Source: a virus
Virus record (IMG/VR): IMGVR_UViG_3300023174_000097
Location: 39,707-103,706 of that record
Direction: 5' to 3' (one strand)
DNA: 64,000 bases
Below are positions 37,179 through 46,150 of this stretch, piece by piece. Below the pieces are notes generated by a model. The model did no database searches and was not told where the DNA came from. It worked only from the letters and a program-made list of their open reading frames with translations. Made by a program: the position numbers and the translations under genes. Positions within the stretch are counted from its first letter, which is position 1. Every line of letters starts with the position of its first letter.

Positions 37179-38498
37179 ATGAGTGGTTCAAAATTATTAG
37201 AACAAGCAATAGTAGATGCACAAGCATTACGAGATTCAGCGTATAAAAGCGCACAAGCTGCACTCGTTGAAAAATTCGCTCCACAGATAAAAGAAGCAGT
37301 AGAAAAACTTCTAGAACAAGGTCCAGAAGAAAATCCTGCTGGTATGACTGGTTCACCAGAAGATACTTTAGCCGCTGATATTCCAGCAGGCACTGATTTT
37401 GGCGGCGCTCCACCTGATGCAAGTGATAAAAGCTTTGTGGCAGGTGCTGCAAAAGATATACCACTTGCCGCAACAGATGGTGAAAAGCTCTGCGCTTGTC
37501 CAGATAACGATAAAGAAATTACATTAAATATAGATCTTGGCGCTTTATCTGATGAATTAAAAATTGGCAAAGAAGATGAAGAAGAAGAACCTGGAATGCA
37601 ACCACAATCTACTGGTATGATGAACCAGCCTTCTGCTGCTGGTGGTGCCGGTGGTCCTGCTCCGGTAATGGAATCACTAGAAATAGATGAAGATTTATTG
37701 CAAGAAGAAGGTGAGCCAGATTCTAATATACACGATGAATCAATGCAACAAGTTGATGAAGAATTAACAGAAGTTAATCTTGATGAAATTTTATCAGAAT
37801 CAGAAGAAATTGAAGATGACGAAGAATCAGAAGATGAAGAAGAAACCGAAGAAGACGAAGAATCGGAAGAAGACGATGAAGATGAAGAAGATTTAGACGA
37901 AGCAAAGAAAAAGAAACCAAAATCAGATCTTGGTTCCCTATCAGTTAAAAAAGGGATTGATAAAAACGAAAAAGTCACACAGGCTGATATTTTAGCTGCC
38001 CGTGGTGTTAAATTAAAAAAACAAACAAACGAATCAAAAGAAGTTCAACAAACAAAAGAACTTATTAAAGCATCATCTGCTCTCCTTAAAGAAGTTGAGA
38101 ACAAAGATGCTAAAATCAACAAACTCTTGGAAGAGAATAAAAAGTTCTCATCCACAGTAGAAGAAATGTCATTAGCATTTAAGAAACTTGAAGAAGTTAA
38201 TACATTAAATGCGCGTCTCTTCTACGAAAATCAGGTCTTGAAAAGCGCCTCCTTGAATGAGCGACAAAAAACACATATTGTCGAAGCTATTTCAAAGGCT
38301 GATTCCGTCAGTGAAGCAAAAACAGTATATGAAACATTAATCAATTCAGTGGGTGGTCCTGCAAAAGAAGAACGTTCACCAAAATCACTGAGTGAAGCGA
38401 TTAATAAAAAGTCATCATTTAGATTGCCTCACAAACAAACAGAACAGCCAAACGATTCAAATAAAGATCGTTGGTTAAAATTAGCCGGTATCAAATGA
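37179..38498 (+). CDS. Prohead scaffold/core protein (T4 gp22-like position)
   Basis: Directly upstream of MCP; very acidic centre, coiled-coil C-terminus, many LxE sites, ends RWLKLAGIK. Confidence 0.8.
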   Translation: MSGSKLLEQAIVDAQALRDSAYKSAQAALVEKFAPQIKEAVEKLLEQGPEENPAGMTGSPEDTLAADIPAGTDFGGAPPDASDKSFVAGAAKDIPLAATDGEKLCACPDNDKEITLNIDLGALSDELKIGKEDEEEEPGMQPQSTGMMNQPSAAGGAGGPAPVMESLEIDEDLLQEEGEPDSNIHDESMQQVDEELTEVNLDEILSESEEIEDDEESEDEEETEEDEESEEDDEDEEDLDEAKKKKPKSDLGSLSVKKGIDKNEKVTQADILAARGVKLKKQTNESKEVQQTKELIKASSALLKEVENKDAKINKLLEENKKFSSTVEEMSLAFKKLEEVNTLNARLFYENQVLKSASLNERQKTHIVEAISKADSVSEAKTVYETLINSVGGPAKEERSPKSLSEAINKKSSFRLPHKQTEQPNDSNKDRWLKLAGIK

Positions 38499-38526
38499 TA
38501 CCAAATATATTTTAAGGAGTTAGAAC

Positions 38527-40218
38527 ATGTCAGTTATCAAAAAATTAACAGAAGGCGTTATTAAGCGTGACCTTGAAAAAGAAGGCGGCGCTCTAATGTC
38601 AAAATGGTCAGATACAGGTCTATTAGAAGGCATTGGCGAAGATCGCGCCAAAGCAACAATGGCTCGCCTATTAGAAAATCAAGCTCAAGAATTACTTCGT
38701 GAAGCAAATACAATGGGAGGAGGTGATGTCGAAGGTTTCGCTGCAGTTGCATTCCCAATTGTACGCCGCGTTTTCGGTAGCTTAATTGCTAACGAACTCG
38801 TCAGCGTACAACCAATGAGTCTCCCAAGCGGTCTAATCTTCTTCCTTGACTTCACATTTGAACGTACACGTGGTGCCAACCTTTCAGGTAGCTCACTATT
38901 CGGTGGTGGTGTTCTTGGTTCACAATTGACCGGTGGTGTCAGTCTCTCAGGTCCAAATGCTGAAAATTCACTTCGTGCATTAAACCAAGGTTACTCACTC
39001 CCAACAGGTAGTGGCAACGTTACAGCAAGTGCAGCAGTTGTTTCAGGCATTTTCGGTGCTGGTGGTACTCTTGACAAACTCTGCAAATTTGATGCAGATT
39101 TCGTCAGTGGCTCAACCACTGTTGCAGTATTTACAGTTCCAGTAAGTCAGCTAACCACTCTTGATAAGAGTAGTCTCATTGCAATCAATGCTACACTACC
39201 AAGTGGCTCACTAGTTCGTCGCTTAACAGCTAAAACTGATGGAACCGGTCTTGTTGATTCAACAGGTGATACATACACACACGTTCGCCTCGTTGTAGCA
39301 AGTCTTGATGGTTCAGTTAGTGCTGCTAACCTAGCAACAAATGCTGGTAGCCGCGCTGCAAGTTGGCCAATTGCCGATGTTCTCGGTAATGTTGCTAACT
39401 CACTCGGTGCAGTTGTTGCTTCACAAGTAACATTTGAAGGTGAACCAAACATTCCAGAAATTGACATCAAAGTTGACAGTGTTGCCGTAACAGCCAAGAG
39501 CCGCAAGCTCAAAGCTAAGTGGACACCAGAACTCGGTCAAGATCTAAATGCTTACCACAATCTTGATGCAGAAGTTGAATTAACTTCAATTCTCTCAGAA
39601 CAGATTGGTCTTGAAATTGATCAAGAAATGCTCGGTGAACTCGTTAAGGGTGCAACCGCTGCAACTCTATACTGGTCACGTCGTCCAGGTAAATTCGTTG
39701 ACCGTACAACCGGTCTTGCACTTGCAAACGGTTATACCGATGTTAATGGTGCCGACTTTACCGGTAACGTCAGTATGTGGTACGAAACACTCGTTGAAAC
39801 AATCAACGATGTAAGTGCTGCTATCCACCGTAAGACACTTCGTGGTGGTGCAAACTTCGTTGTTTGCGGACCAGAAGTTGCCAATATCCTTGAATTCACC
39901 ACTGGATTCCGTGCAAACGTTGTCCATGATGACGCCAAGGGTACAATCGGTGCAGTCAAAGCTGGCTCACTAAGTAAGAAATGGGATGTATTTGTTGATC
40001 CATACTTCCCACGTAATCTTGTTCTCGTTGGTCGTAAGGGCAGTAGCTTCTTAGAAAGTGGCTTCGTTTATGCTCCATACGTTCCACTCCAGGTTACACC
40101 AACCATCTTTGGTACTGAAGACTTCGTACCACGTAAGGGTGTTATGACCCGTTACGCCAAGAAGATGGTACGTCCAGACATGTACGGCTTAGTGGTGGTC
40201 CAGGATCTTGTAGGTTGA
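38527..40218 (+). CDS. Major capsid protein (T4 gp23-like)
   Basis: KWSDTGLLEG, LLENQ, VSVQPMSLPSGLIFFL, RKLKAKWTPELGQDLNAYH, YAPYVPL, PRKGVMTRY. Confidence 0.97.
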   Translation: MSVIKKLTEGVIKRDLEKEGGALMSKWSDTGLLEGIGEDRAKATMARLLENQAQELLREANTMGGGDVEGFAAVAFPIVRRVFGSLIANELVSVQPMSLPSGLIFFLDFTFERTRGANLSGSSLFGGGVLGSQLTGGVSLSGPNAENSLRALNQGYSLPTGSGNVTASAAVVSGIFGAGGTLDKLCKFDADFVSGSTTVAVFTVPVSQLTTLDKSSLIAINATLPSGSLVRRLTAKTDGTGLVDSTGDTYTHVRLVVASLDGSVSAANLATNAGSRAASWPIADVLGNVANSLGAVVASQVTFEGEPNIPEIDIKVDSVAVTAKSRKLKAKWTPELGQDLNAYHNLDAEVELTSILSEQIGLEIDQEMLGELVKGATAATLYWSRRPGKFVDRTTGLALANGYTDVNGADFTGNVSMWYETLVETINDVSAAIHRKTLRGGANFVVCGPEVANILEFTTGFRANVVHDDAKGTIGAVKAGSLSKKWDVFVDPYFPRNLVLVGRKGSSFLESGFVYAPYVPLQVTPTIFGTEDFVPRKGVMTRYAKKMVRPDMYGLVVVQDLVG

Positions 40219-40238
40219 TCTTAAAATAAAACCTATAT

Positions 40239-40270
40239 AAAGAAGCCCCTGTGAAGGGGCTTCTTTATTT
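40239..40270 (+). terminator. Intrinsic terminator after MCP
   Basis: aaagaagcccct-gtga-aggggcttcttt followed by attt. Confidence 0.9.
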
Positions 40271-40288
40271 GTTAGAATATTTACTTAT

Positions 40289-40459
40289 ATGCAAGCAATC
40301 TATCAAATACGAAACAAAATAAATAATAAAATTTATATTGGAAGTACAAACAATATTAATAAACACTGGAATAATCATAAAAGTAAATTAAATAATAAGA
40401 TACACGAAAATTCATATTTACAAGCAATTATAGAATATAAATCTTGGAAACATATTTGA
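40289..40459 (+). pseudogene. Internally deleted GIY-YIG homing endonuclease remnant (56 aa; not in ORF track)
   Basis: MQAIYQIRNKINNKIYIGSTNNINKHWNNHKSKLNNKIHENSYLQA-IIEYKSWKHI*; both ends match those of 17147..17953. Confidence 0.85.
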
Positions 40460-40461
40460 GC

Positions 40462-40494
40462 AAACCCGCCTGAAATATGGCGGATTTTCTTTTT
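40462..40494 (+). terminator. Intrinsic terminator
   Basis: ccgcc-tgaaatat-ggcgg followed by attttcttttt. Confidence 0.7.
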
Positions 40495-40554
40495 CAAAAT
40501 ATTAAAACTATTTATAACTGTTATTAAGTTCAACTTTGAACAGGAGATATTATA

Positions 40555-41853
40555 ATGTTTTTTTATAGTGAACCAAGTGGAATTGTTATTGTACCAATAA
40601 CACTTTTAGCCAATACTTCAAGTCTTTATTTAACTGATGCTTGCGTTGGAACAAGTAGTCAGATAACTTTTACAGTAAGTTCTAGTGGTAATACTACTGA
40701 GACTGTTTATTTGAACGATGATTCAAATCAATTTAGTTTCTCTCCATCAAGTTTTGGTATGACAGGAAGCGTTACTTCTCAAGTTGTAACAGTTACATTT
40801 ACACCTACTAAACCTTGGGGTTTGAAGAGTGGAAATTTAACATTAAGTTCAAGCGGTGGAAATTTGTTAACTCTTGCCATGAGTGGTAATGCAGTTGCGG
40901 TTCCTCTGATATTGACTTCAAGTGTTAGTTCAATAACATTTACAAATACAATTGTTAATGCCACTTCTTCACAAACCTTTACTGTTTCAGCGGGTGGATT
41001 TTCAAGCGTTGAAGAAACAGTTACAGTTAGTGATAATTCAAGTCAATTTGACTTCTCGCCATCTTCATTTAGTTTAACCGGTAGTGGGCAATCACAAACT
41101 GTTACTGCCAAATTTATACCAACAAGCACAGGAGTAAAAACTGCTAATCTAACTCTCAGTTCTTCTGGCGGAAATACAAAAATTGTTACTTTGAATGGCA
41201 CATCTTTAGAACAATATTTTAATAATGTATCTTTATTATTAAAAGGTGACGGAACAAATGGTAGTACAAACATTATTGATAGTAGTAATAATAATTTTTC
41301 CGTAACAGCATCTGGAAATGCTGCAATAAGTACAGCACAAAGTAAATATGGTGGTTCAAGCTTGTATTTTGATGGAATTGGCGATTATTTAGATATTGCT
41401 TCATCAAATAGCTCTGCCTTTGTATTTGGAACAAATAATTTTACAGTTGAATTTTGGATAAAGTCAAGTTCATCAAACGGAAATCTACTAAATCCAGCTT
41501 CTTTGTCTGGTGGTGGATTTTGGGGTGTTATAATACAAAATTCAAATTTAAGATGGAATAATTCGTATAATTCAACAAATTTGTGGGCAATAGGATGTAG
41601 TAGTATTTTAGATAATAATTGGCATCATGTTGCTATAAGTAGAAATTCTGGTACTGTTAAAGTTTATTTTGATGGAGTATTACAAAATACTTTCATTGAT
41701 ACAACAAATTATACTTATTTTAATGGCTCTAGTGATGGTCTTAGAATTGGCAAAGGAAATTTAGCAGATTTTAATGGTTATATTGATGATTTACGAATAA
41801 CAAAAGGTGTTGGTAGATATACAACAAACTTTACACCACCAACTGCATTATAA
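40555..41853 (+). CDS. Capsid decoration-like protein: 2 ASH/Ig domains plus a ConA/LamG domain
   Basis: Two ~100-aa Ig repeats (DDSNQF.FSPSSF); NNVSLLLKGDG, SLYFDG.GDY, FTVEFW, WHHVA, GYIDDLRITKG. Confidence 0.75.
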   Translation: MFFYSEPSGIVIVPITLLANTSSLYLTDACVGTSSQITFTVSSSGNTTETVYLNDDSNQFSFSPSSFGMTGSVTSQVVTVTFTPTKPWGLKSGNLTLSSSGGNLLTLAMSGNAVAVPLILTSSVSSITFTNTIVNATSSQTFTVSAGGFSSVEETVTVSDNSSQFDFSPSSFSLTGSGQSQTVTAKFIPTSTGVKTANLTLSSSGGNTKIVTLNGTSLEQYFNNVSLLLKGDGTNGSTNIIDSSNNNFSVTASGNAAISTAQSKYGGSSLYFDGIGDYLDIASSNSSAFVFGTNNFTVEFWIKSSSSNGNLLNPASLSGGGFWGVIIQNSNLRWNNSYNSTNLWAIGCSSILDNNWHHVAISRNSGTVKVYFDGVLQNTFIDTTNYTYFNGSSDGLRIGKGNLADFNGYIDDLRITKGVGRYTTNFTPPTAL

Positions 41854-41858
41854 ACAAT

Positions 41859-41889
41859 AAACCCGCCAGAAATGGCGGGTTTTTCTTTT
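41859..41889 (+). terminator. Intrinsic terminator
   Basis: aaacccgcca-gaaa-tggcgggttt followed by Ts. Confidence 0.9.
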
Positions 41890-41952
41890 ATATCTAATTG
41901 ATCTAATTTAATACTATTTATAAAGTAACCATATTAATGGAGAATTTTATAA

Positions 41953-43269
41953 ATGGCCGTACCTGTTCTCACGCCGAAACAACAAACAAGTGCAATCATA
42001 TTGCCTCCAACCGGGGCATTTGTTAATGTAACTGGTAATTTACCTATTGGCGTATATGCTAATAGCGTCGACTTTGTAAGCGGCGCCGTAGATCAAGTTG
42101 CTTACACTTATAAAATGATAGGTGGCGATGTTCTTGATATAGAAATTACAGAAGGTCAAGTTTATGCGGCATATGAAGATGCTGTTTTAACATATGGTTA
42201 TTTAGTCAATCTTCATCAAGCGAAGAATTCACTTGGTAACATGTTGGGTGCTCCAACCGGCACGTTCAATAGTGATGGTGAAATAAAGAGTGGAAGCGCT
42301 CTTTACAATCTTGTTAGTTCTTCTGGTCCATTAAATCTCACTTATCCAATGTATGATATAACTGCTATTACAGACATAGCAGACGCATTCTCTCATCAAG
42401 CCGGTGTAGGTGGAAAAGTTGATATTTATTCTGCTTCTTTTCAAGGAATAGATATGAGACAAGATTACGATTTACAAGAAATAGTAAATAATCTCGCTAA
42501 TGATGTTAGTTCTTCTCTTTATGGAAAAATAACCGCAGGCTCAAGAATAACAGTTCGCAAGGTTTATTATAAGTCAGCACGTGCGATGTGGAGATTCTAT
42601 GGCTACTACGGTGGTTTAAATGCAGTAGGTAATCTTTCAACATACGGTCAGTATGCTGACGACAGTACATTTGAAGTCATTCCAGCGTGGCACAATAAAC
42701 TTCAAGCTATGGCTTATGAAGATAATATCTATACGCGTATATCACATTATTCATATGAAATCAAGAATAATAAATTAAGACTATATCCAATGCCTGACGC
42801 AACAGATATTCACACCTATTGGTTTGAATTTAGTGTAGGTGAAGGTAACGGAGCAAATGTTGGAATAGGAATTATTTCAGGTTCATCTTATACCGAAGCA
42901 TCTGGTAAGGATCCAAGAATCGGAGGAGTCAACAACATTAACACTCTTCCTTTCTCAAACATTCCATTTGAAAATATTAATGCTATTGGTAAGCATTGGA
43001 TTCGCCGTTACGCTCTAGCTGTCGCAAAAGGTATGCTTGCAGAAGTTCGTTCAAAGTTTCAAACAATACCAATCCCAGGTGAAAGTGTTACTTTAAATGG
43101 TGCTGATTTAAGAGCACAAAGTAAAGAAGAAAAAGATGGTCTTAAAGATGAACTGTTGAAGATACTTGAAGAAACAGATTATAACACACTAGCAGAAAAG
43201 AGAACTGCTCTCTCAGATAATGCAAACAAAATACTTGCTGCAGTTCCAAACGTAATATTCGTAGGTTAG
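41953..43269 (+). CDS. Neck/head-tail adaptor (T4 gp13-like)
   Basis: GGDVLDIEIT, WIRRYALAVAKGMLAEVRSKF..IP.PG..VTLNG. Confidence 0.85.
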   Translation: MAVPVLTPKQQTSAIILPPTGAFVNVTGNLPIGVYANSVDFVSGAVDQVAYTYKMIGGDVLDIEITEGQVYAAYEDAVLTYGYLVNLHQAKNSLGNMLGAPTGTFNSDGEIKSGSALYNLVSSSGPLNLTYPMYDITAITDIADAFSHQAGVGGKVDIYSASFQGIDMRQDYDLQEIVNNLANDVSSSLYGKITAGSRITVRKVYYKSARAMWRFYGYYGGLNAVGNLSTYGQYADDSTFEVIPAWHNKLQAMAYEDNIYTRISHYSYEIKNNKLRLYPMPDATDIHTYWFEFSVGEGNGANVGIGIISGSSYTEASGKDPRIGGVNNINTLPFSNIPFENINAIGKHWIRRYALAVAKGMLAEVRSKFQTIPIPGESVTLNGADLRAQSKEEKDGLKDELLKILEETDYNTLAEKRTALSDNANKILAAVPNVIFVG

Positions 43270-43319
43270 ATTTGTCGTTTATTTATATGATGTCTATTTA
43301 TTAATAGAGGCAAAATAAA

Positions 43320-44162
43320 ATGGTAATATGTGAAATTTGTAAAAATTGTTTCAAATCAATAATGGGTCATTTAAGAAAACATAATATTAAAGCAAAAGAA
43401 TATAAAATTTTGTATCCTAATGCTCTTTTTATGGACGATGAACAAAAAAAAATAATATCAAATAAAACTAAAAACGCCATCAATCAACCCAAAACAAAAG
43501 AAAAATATTTGGAATCAAGAAAAAAAATTGATTATTCTAAATTTAATTTTAAATATGACCGTGAAAATAAAGATATAAAGAAAAAAATGTATTCACAAGA
43601 AAGAAATAAAAAGATCTCAGAAGCAAGAAAAAAATATTGGGAAGATAAAAAAGGAAAAACAGTAGAACAACTATATGGAGAAGAAACCGGAAAGGCGATA
43701 AGAGAGATAAAAAGTCGTCAAAACTCCGGAGTGAACAATCCAGCATATGGAAAAATATACAATAATGCAGGTAGAGTTAGGGGATATTATAAAGGATATT
43801 TTTTTAGAAGTTTGTGGGAATGTTCTTTTTTAAAATTTTTAGAAGAAAATGGCACACATTTAAAAGATGTTGATTATGAAAAAATAAATATATCTTATAC
43901 AAAAGATGGAGGCGGAAGAACTTATACGCCTGATTATTATTTACCAAAAGAAAAAAAACTAATTGAAATAAAATCTAAATGGAATCTCCAAAGAGATGCC
44001 GAAGATATAAGTCTGAAAAGAAAAGCCGCAGAAAAATGGTGCAAAGAAAATGATAGTACTTATCAAATATTAACTGAAGATGATTTTCCTATTTTAAAAT
44101 TAAATCAAATAAAAAATGATAAAAATATTATTTTATTAAAAAATGGCAATATAAATGGGTAA
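43320..44162 (+). CDS. TnsA-like PD-(D/E)XK endonuclease with an N-terminal Zn finger; probable homing endonuclease
   Basis: CEIC...HLRKH finger; FRSLWE, YTPDY, LIEIKS; very AT/Lys-rich; own late motif. Confidence 0.75.
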   Translation: MVICEICKNCFKSIMGHLRKHNIKAKEYKILYPNALFMDDEQKKIISNKTKNAINQPKTKEKYLESRKKIDYSKFNFKYDRENKDIKKKMYSQERNKKISEARKKYWEDKKGKTVEQLYGEETGKAIREIKSRQNSGVNNPAYGKIYNNAGRVRGYYKGYFFRSLWECSFLKFLEENGTHLKDVDYEKINISYTKDGGGRTYTPDYYLPKEKKLIEIKSKWNLQRDAEDISLKRKAAEKWCKENDSTYQILTEDDFPILKLNQIKNDKNIILLKNGNING

Positions 44163-44958
44163 AAAGAAAGTAGATCAAAAAAAATGGACTCAACCAGAAC
44201 AACCTCCTCCTCCAATGTTTTTGGGGAAGAAAGAGAGAGATCTAACCAAGCAAGTAAATGATGAACTTATTGAAAGAGTAATAGGACAAACTATTATTTA
44301 TTTTCCTCTTAATGTAAAAAATAGTGATTTTCATGCATTATACGGAGAAGCAATAAATAAGCAGTTTTTGAGACCAATATTAATAAAAGCTTTAGTTAAA
44401 ATTGATGAAGATCAAACGTCAACTGAAGTGTATGGACTTGACAAGACATCAAAATTAACAATTAATTTTCACAAAAGAAGATTAACAGAAGATCAAGATT
44501 TATATGTTAGAGAAGGTGATATAGTTTTTTATGGAACAACGTTCTATGAAATAGTAAAATTATCACAGCCAAGAGCACTATTCGGTCAAGTTGAGCATCG
44601 TGTAGAAATAACAGCAATATGTGTTCGTGTTAGAGAAGGTTTTTTCAATGAGCCGGTCGCGTTACTACAAATAAGAGAAAAATATCGTACAACACAACAA
44701 AGTATTATTGATATAATAAACAGTACGCCAGTAGAAGGTGCTTGTGGCGGTAAAATAAAATTAGTGTCGGGTAGAAGGACAAGTTCTCAGCGTTCTCAAT
44801 TTTTAGATTATGTAAATAATCCACAAGATTATGAAGGATGTATTATCTATTTGACGGAAATTGATCCAGACGAAACATATGGAGAATTTGATCAAGCAGA
44901 CAAATTTTATTTTAATGAAGATGGAATATGGTACGTCAGTCAGTTCTTTGTTATATAG
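44155..44958 (+). CDS. Neck/head-closure protein (T4 gp14-like) with a C-terminal extension
   Basis: ELIERVIGQTIIYF, LYGE, VREGDIV; the extra ~70 aa match the fibre C-terminus. Confidence 0.8.
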   Translation: MGKKKVDQKKWTQPEQPPPPMFLGKKERDLTKQVNDELIERVIGQTIIYFPLNVKNSDFHALYGEAINKQFLRPILIKALVKIDEDQTSTEVYGLDKTSKLTINFHKRRLTEDQDLYVREGDIVFYGTTFYEIVKLSQPRALFGQVEHRVEITAICVRVREGFFNEPVALLQIREKYRTTQQSIIDIINSTPVEGACGGKIKLVSGRRTSSQRSQFLDYVNNPQDYEGCIIYLTEIDPDETYGEFDQADKFYFNEDGIWYVSQFFVI

Positions 44959-44966
44959 GTAATTTT

Positions 44967-45206
44967 ATGAATTCTATTACATATGAAAAATTTATACATT
45001 TATCCGGTAAAAGAACAAGTACTCAAAGAAGCATGTTTTTGGACATGGTCAATAATCCACATAACTATAAAGGTTATATTGTATATTTAAAAGAACTAGA
45101 TGAAGACGAAATATATTCACCTTTTGATCACGCTAAAACATTCTATATGAATGAAGGTGGTCATTGGCAGTCTGCAGATTTCCACAATCAAGTGTTTGAA
45201 GAATAG
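44967..45206 (+). CDS. Stand-alone copy of the gp14 C-terminal extension domain
   Basis: SGKRTSTQRSMFLDMVNNP...FYMNEGGHW versus SGRRTSSQRSQFLDYVNNP...FYFNEDGIW; ATG 44967. Confidence 0.75.
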   Translation: MNSITYEKFIHLSGKRTSTQRSMFLDMVNNPHNYKGYIVYLKELDEDEIYSPFDHAKTFYMNEGGHWQSADFHNQVFEE

Positions 45207-45217
45207 GAATTATAAAT

Positions 45218-46075
45218 ATGCCAAATGATAAAACAGAATTTGAAAGAACGGGGCTTGAAAAAAATCAAGTCTCTATAGAGCCTTCAACTATAGAAACAAT
45301 AGACTTAGCAATATATAATTGGCTTGATAAAACCATGAATATATCTTCAAACACTAACCGTGGATGGAAAAAAACCCCAGTTGTTTGGGTTGCTGCTGAA
45401 AGAGCGCATCAAATAAAATTTGATAGAACACTTAGAGATGTAAATGGTAATTTTATTTTACCGGTAATAACACTTCAAAGAGATAATATAACAAAAAATT
45501 TAACAAAAAAAGGCACATTTTATGCAAATGTACCACCAGATGACTTTCGTGGTGGCGTTGTAACTGTCACAAAACTTGTTTCACAAGAAAAATCAAATAA
45601 TTATGCAAAAAATAATAATAATAGAAAATTTTTGCAATATAATGTTAAAGAAAAAAATGAAAAAGTAATTTATGAAGTTACAAAAATACCATTACCAACT
45701 TATATTGATGTAAAATACACAATAACAGTTAATGCTGAATATCAACAACAGATGAATCAAATAATACAACCATTTATGACTTATACTGCTGGTATTAATC
45801 ATTTTATGGTTTCTCAAGAAGAGCATAAATACGAATGTTTTTTTGAAAAAGATTCTTCTTTTAAAAATGGTGGTAATACGGGAAAACTTGAAGAACAAAA
45901 TCGTTTATTTACAACTGAATTTTCGGTTAATGTACTTGGATATTTACTTGGTGCTGGGGCAAATTCTGAAAAACCAAAAATAATTACTTCTGAAACAATA
46001 GTAGAAATAAAAATACCAAAAGAAAAAGAAATGTTTGGCGAGACAACAGAAGCAGACAAAAAGAAATATTATTAA
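45218..46075 (+). CDS. Tail terminator/sheath stabiliser (T4 gp15-like)
   Basis: PVVWVAAER, LPVITL.R, P.YIDVKY.I, QMNQIIQ; lies before the sheath. Confidence 0.75.
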   Translation: MPNDKTEFERTGLEKNQVSIEPSTIETIDLAIYNWLDKTMNISSNTNRGWKKTPVVWVAAERAHQIKFDRTLRDVNGNFILPVITLQRDNITKNLTKKGTFYANVPPDDFRGGVVTVTKLVSQEKSNNYAKNNNNRKFLQYNVKEKNEKVIYEVTKIPLPTYIDVKYTITVNAEYQQQMNQIIQPFMTYTAGINHFMVSQEEHKYECFFEKDSSFKNGGNTGKLEEQNRLFTTEFSVNVLGYLLGAGANSEKPKIITSETIVEIKIPKEKEMFGETTEADKKKYY

Positions 46076-46150
46076 TTACTTACTTGTTTCTTTTGAAAAT
46101 AAATCTTACTATTTACCTAAGAAATACATGCTGTATAGGAGTATTTTATA

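Noticed and set aside
37139-37978. 279-aa minus-strand Ser-rich ORF, plus other antisense ORFs such as 63195..63860 and 49829..50377
   Set aside because: Antisense to well-supported genes; the poly-Ser mirrors the scaffold's GAA/GAT acidic tract.
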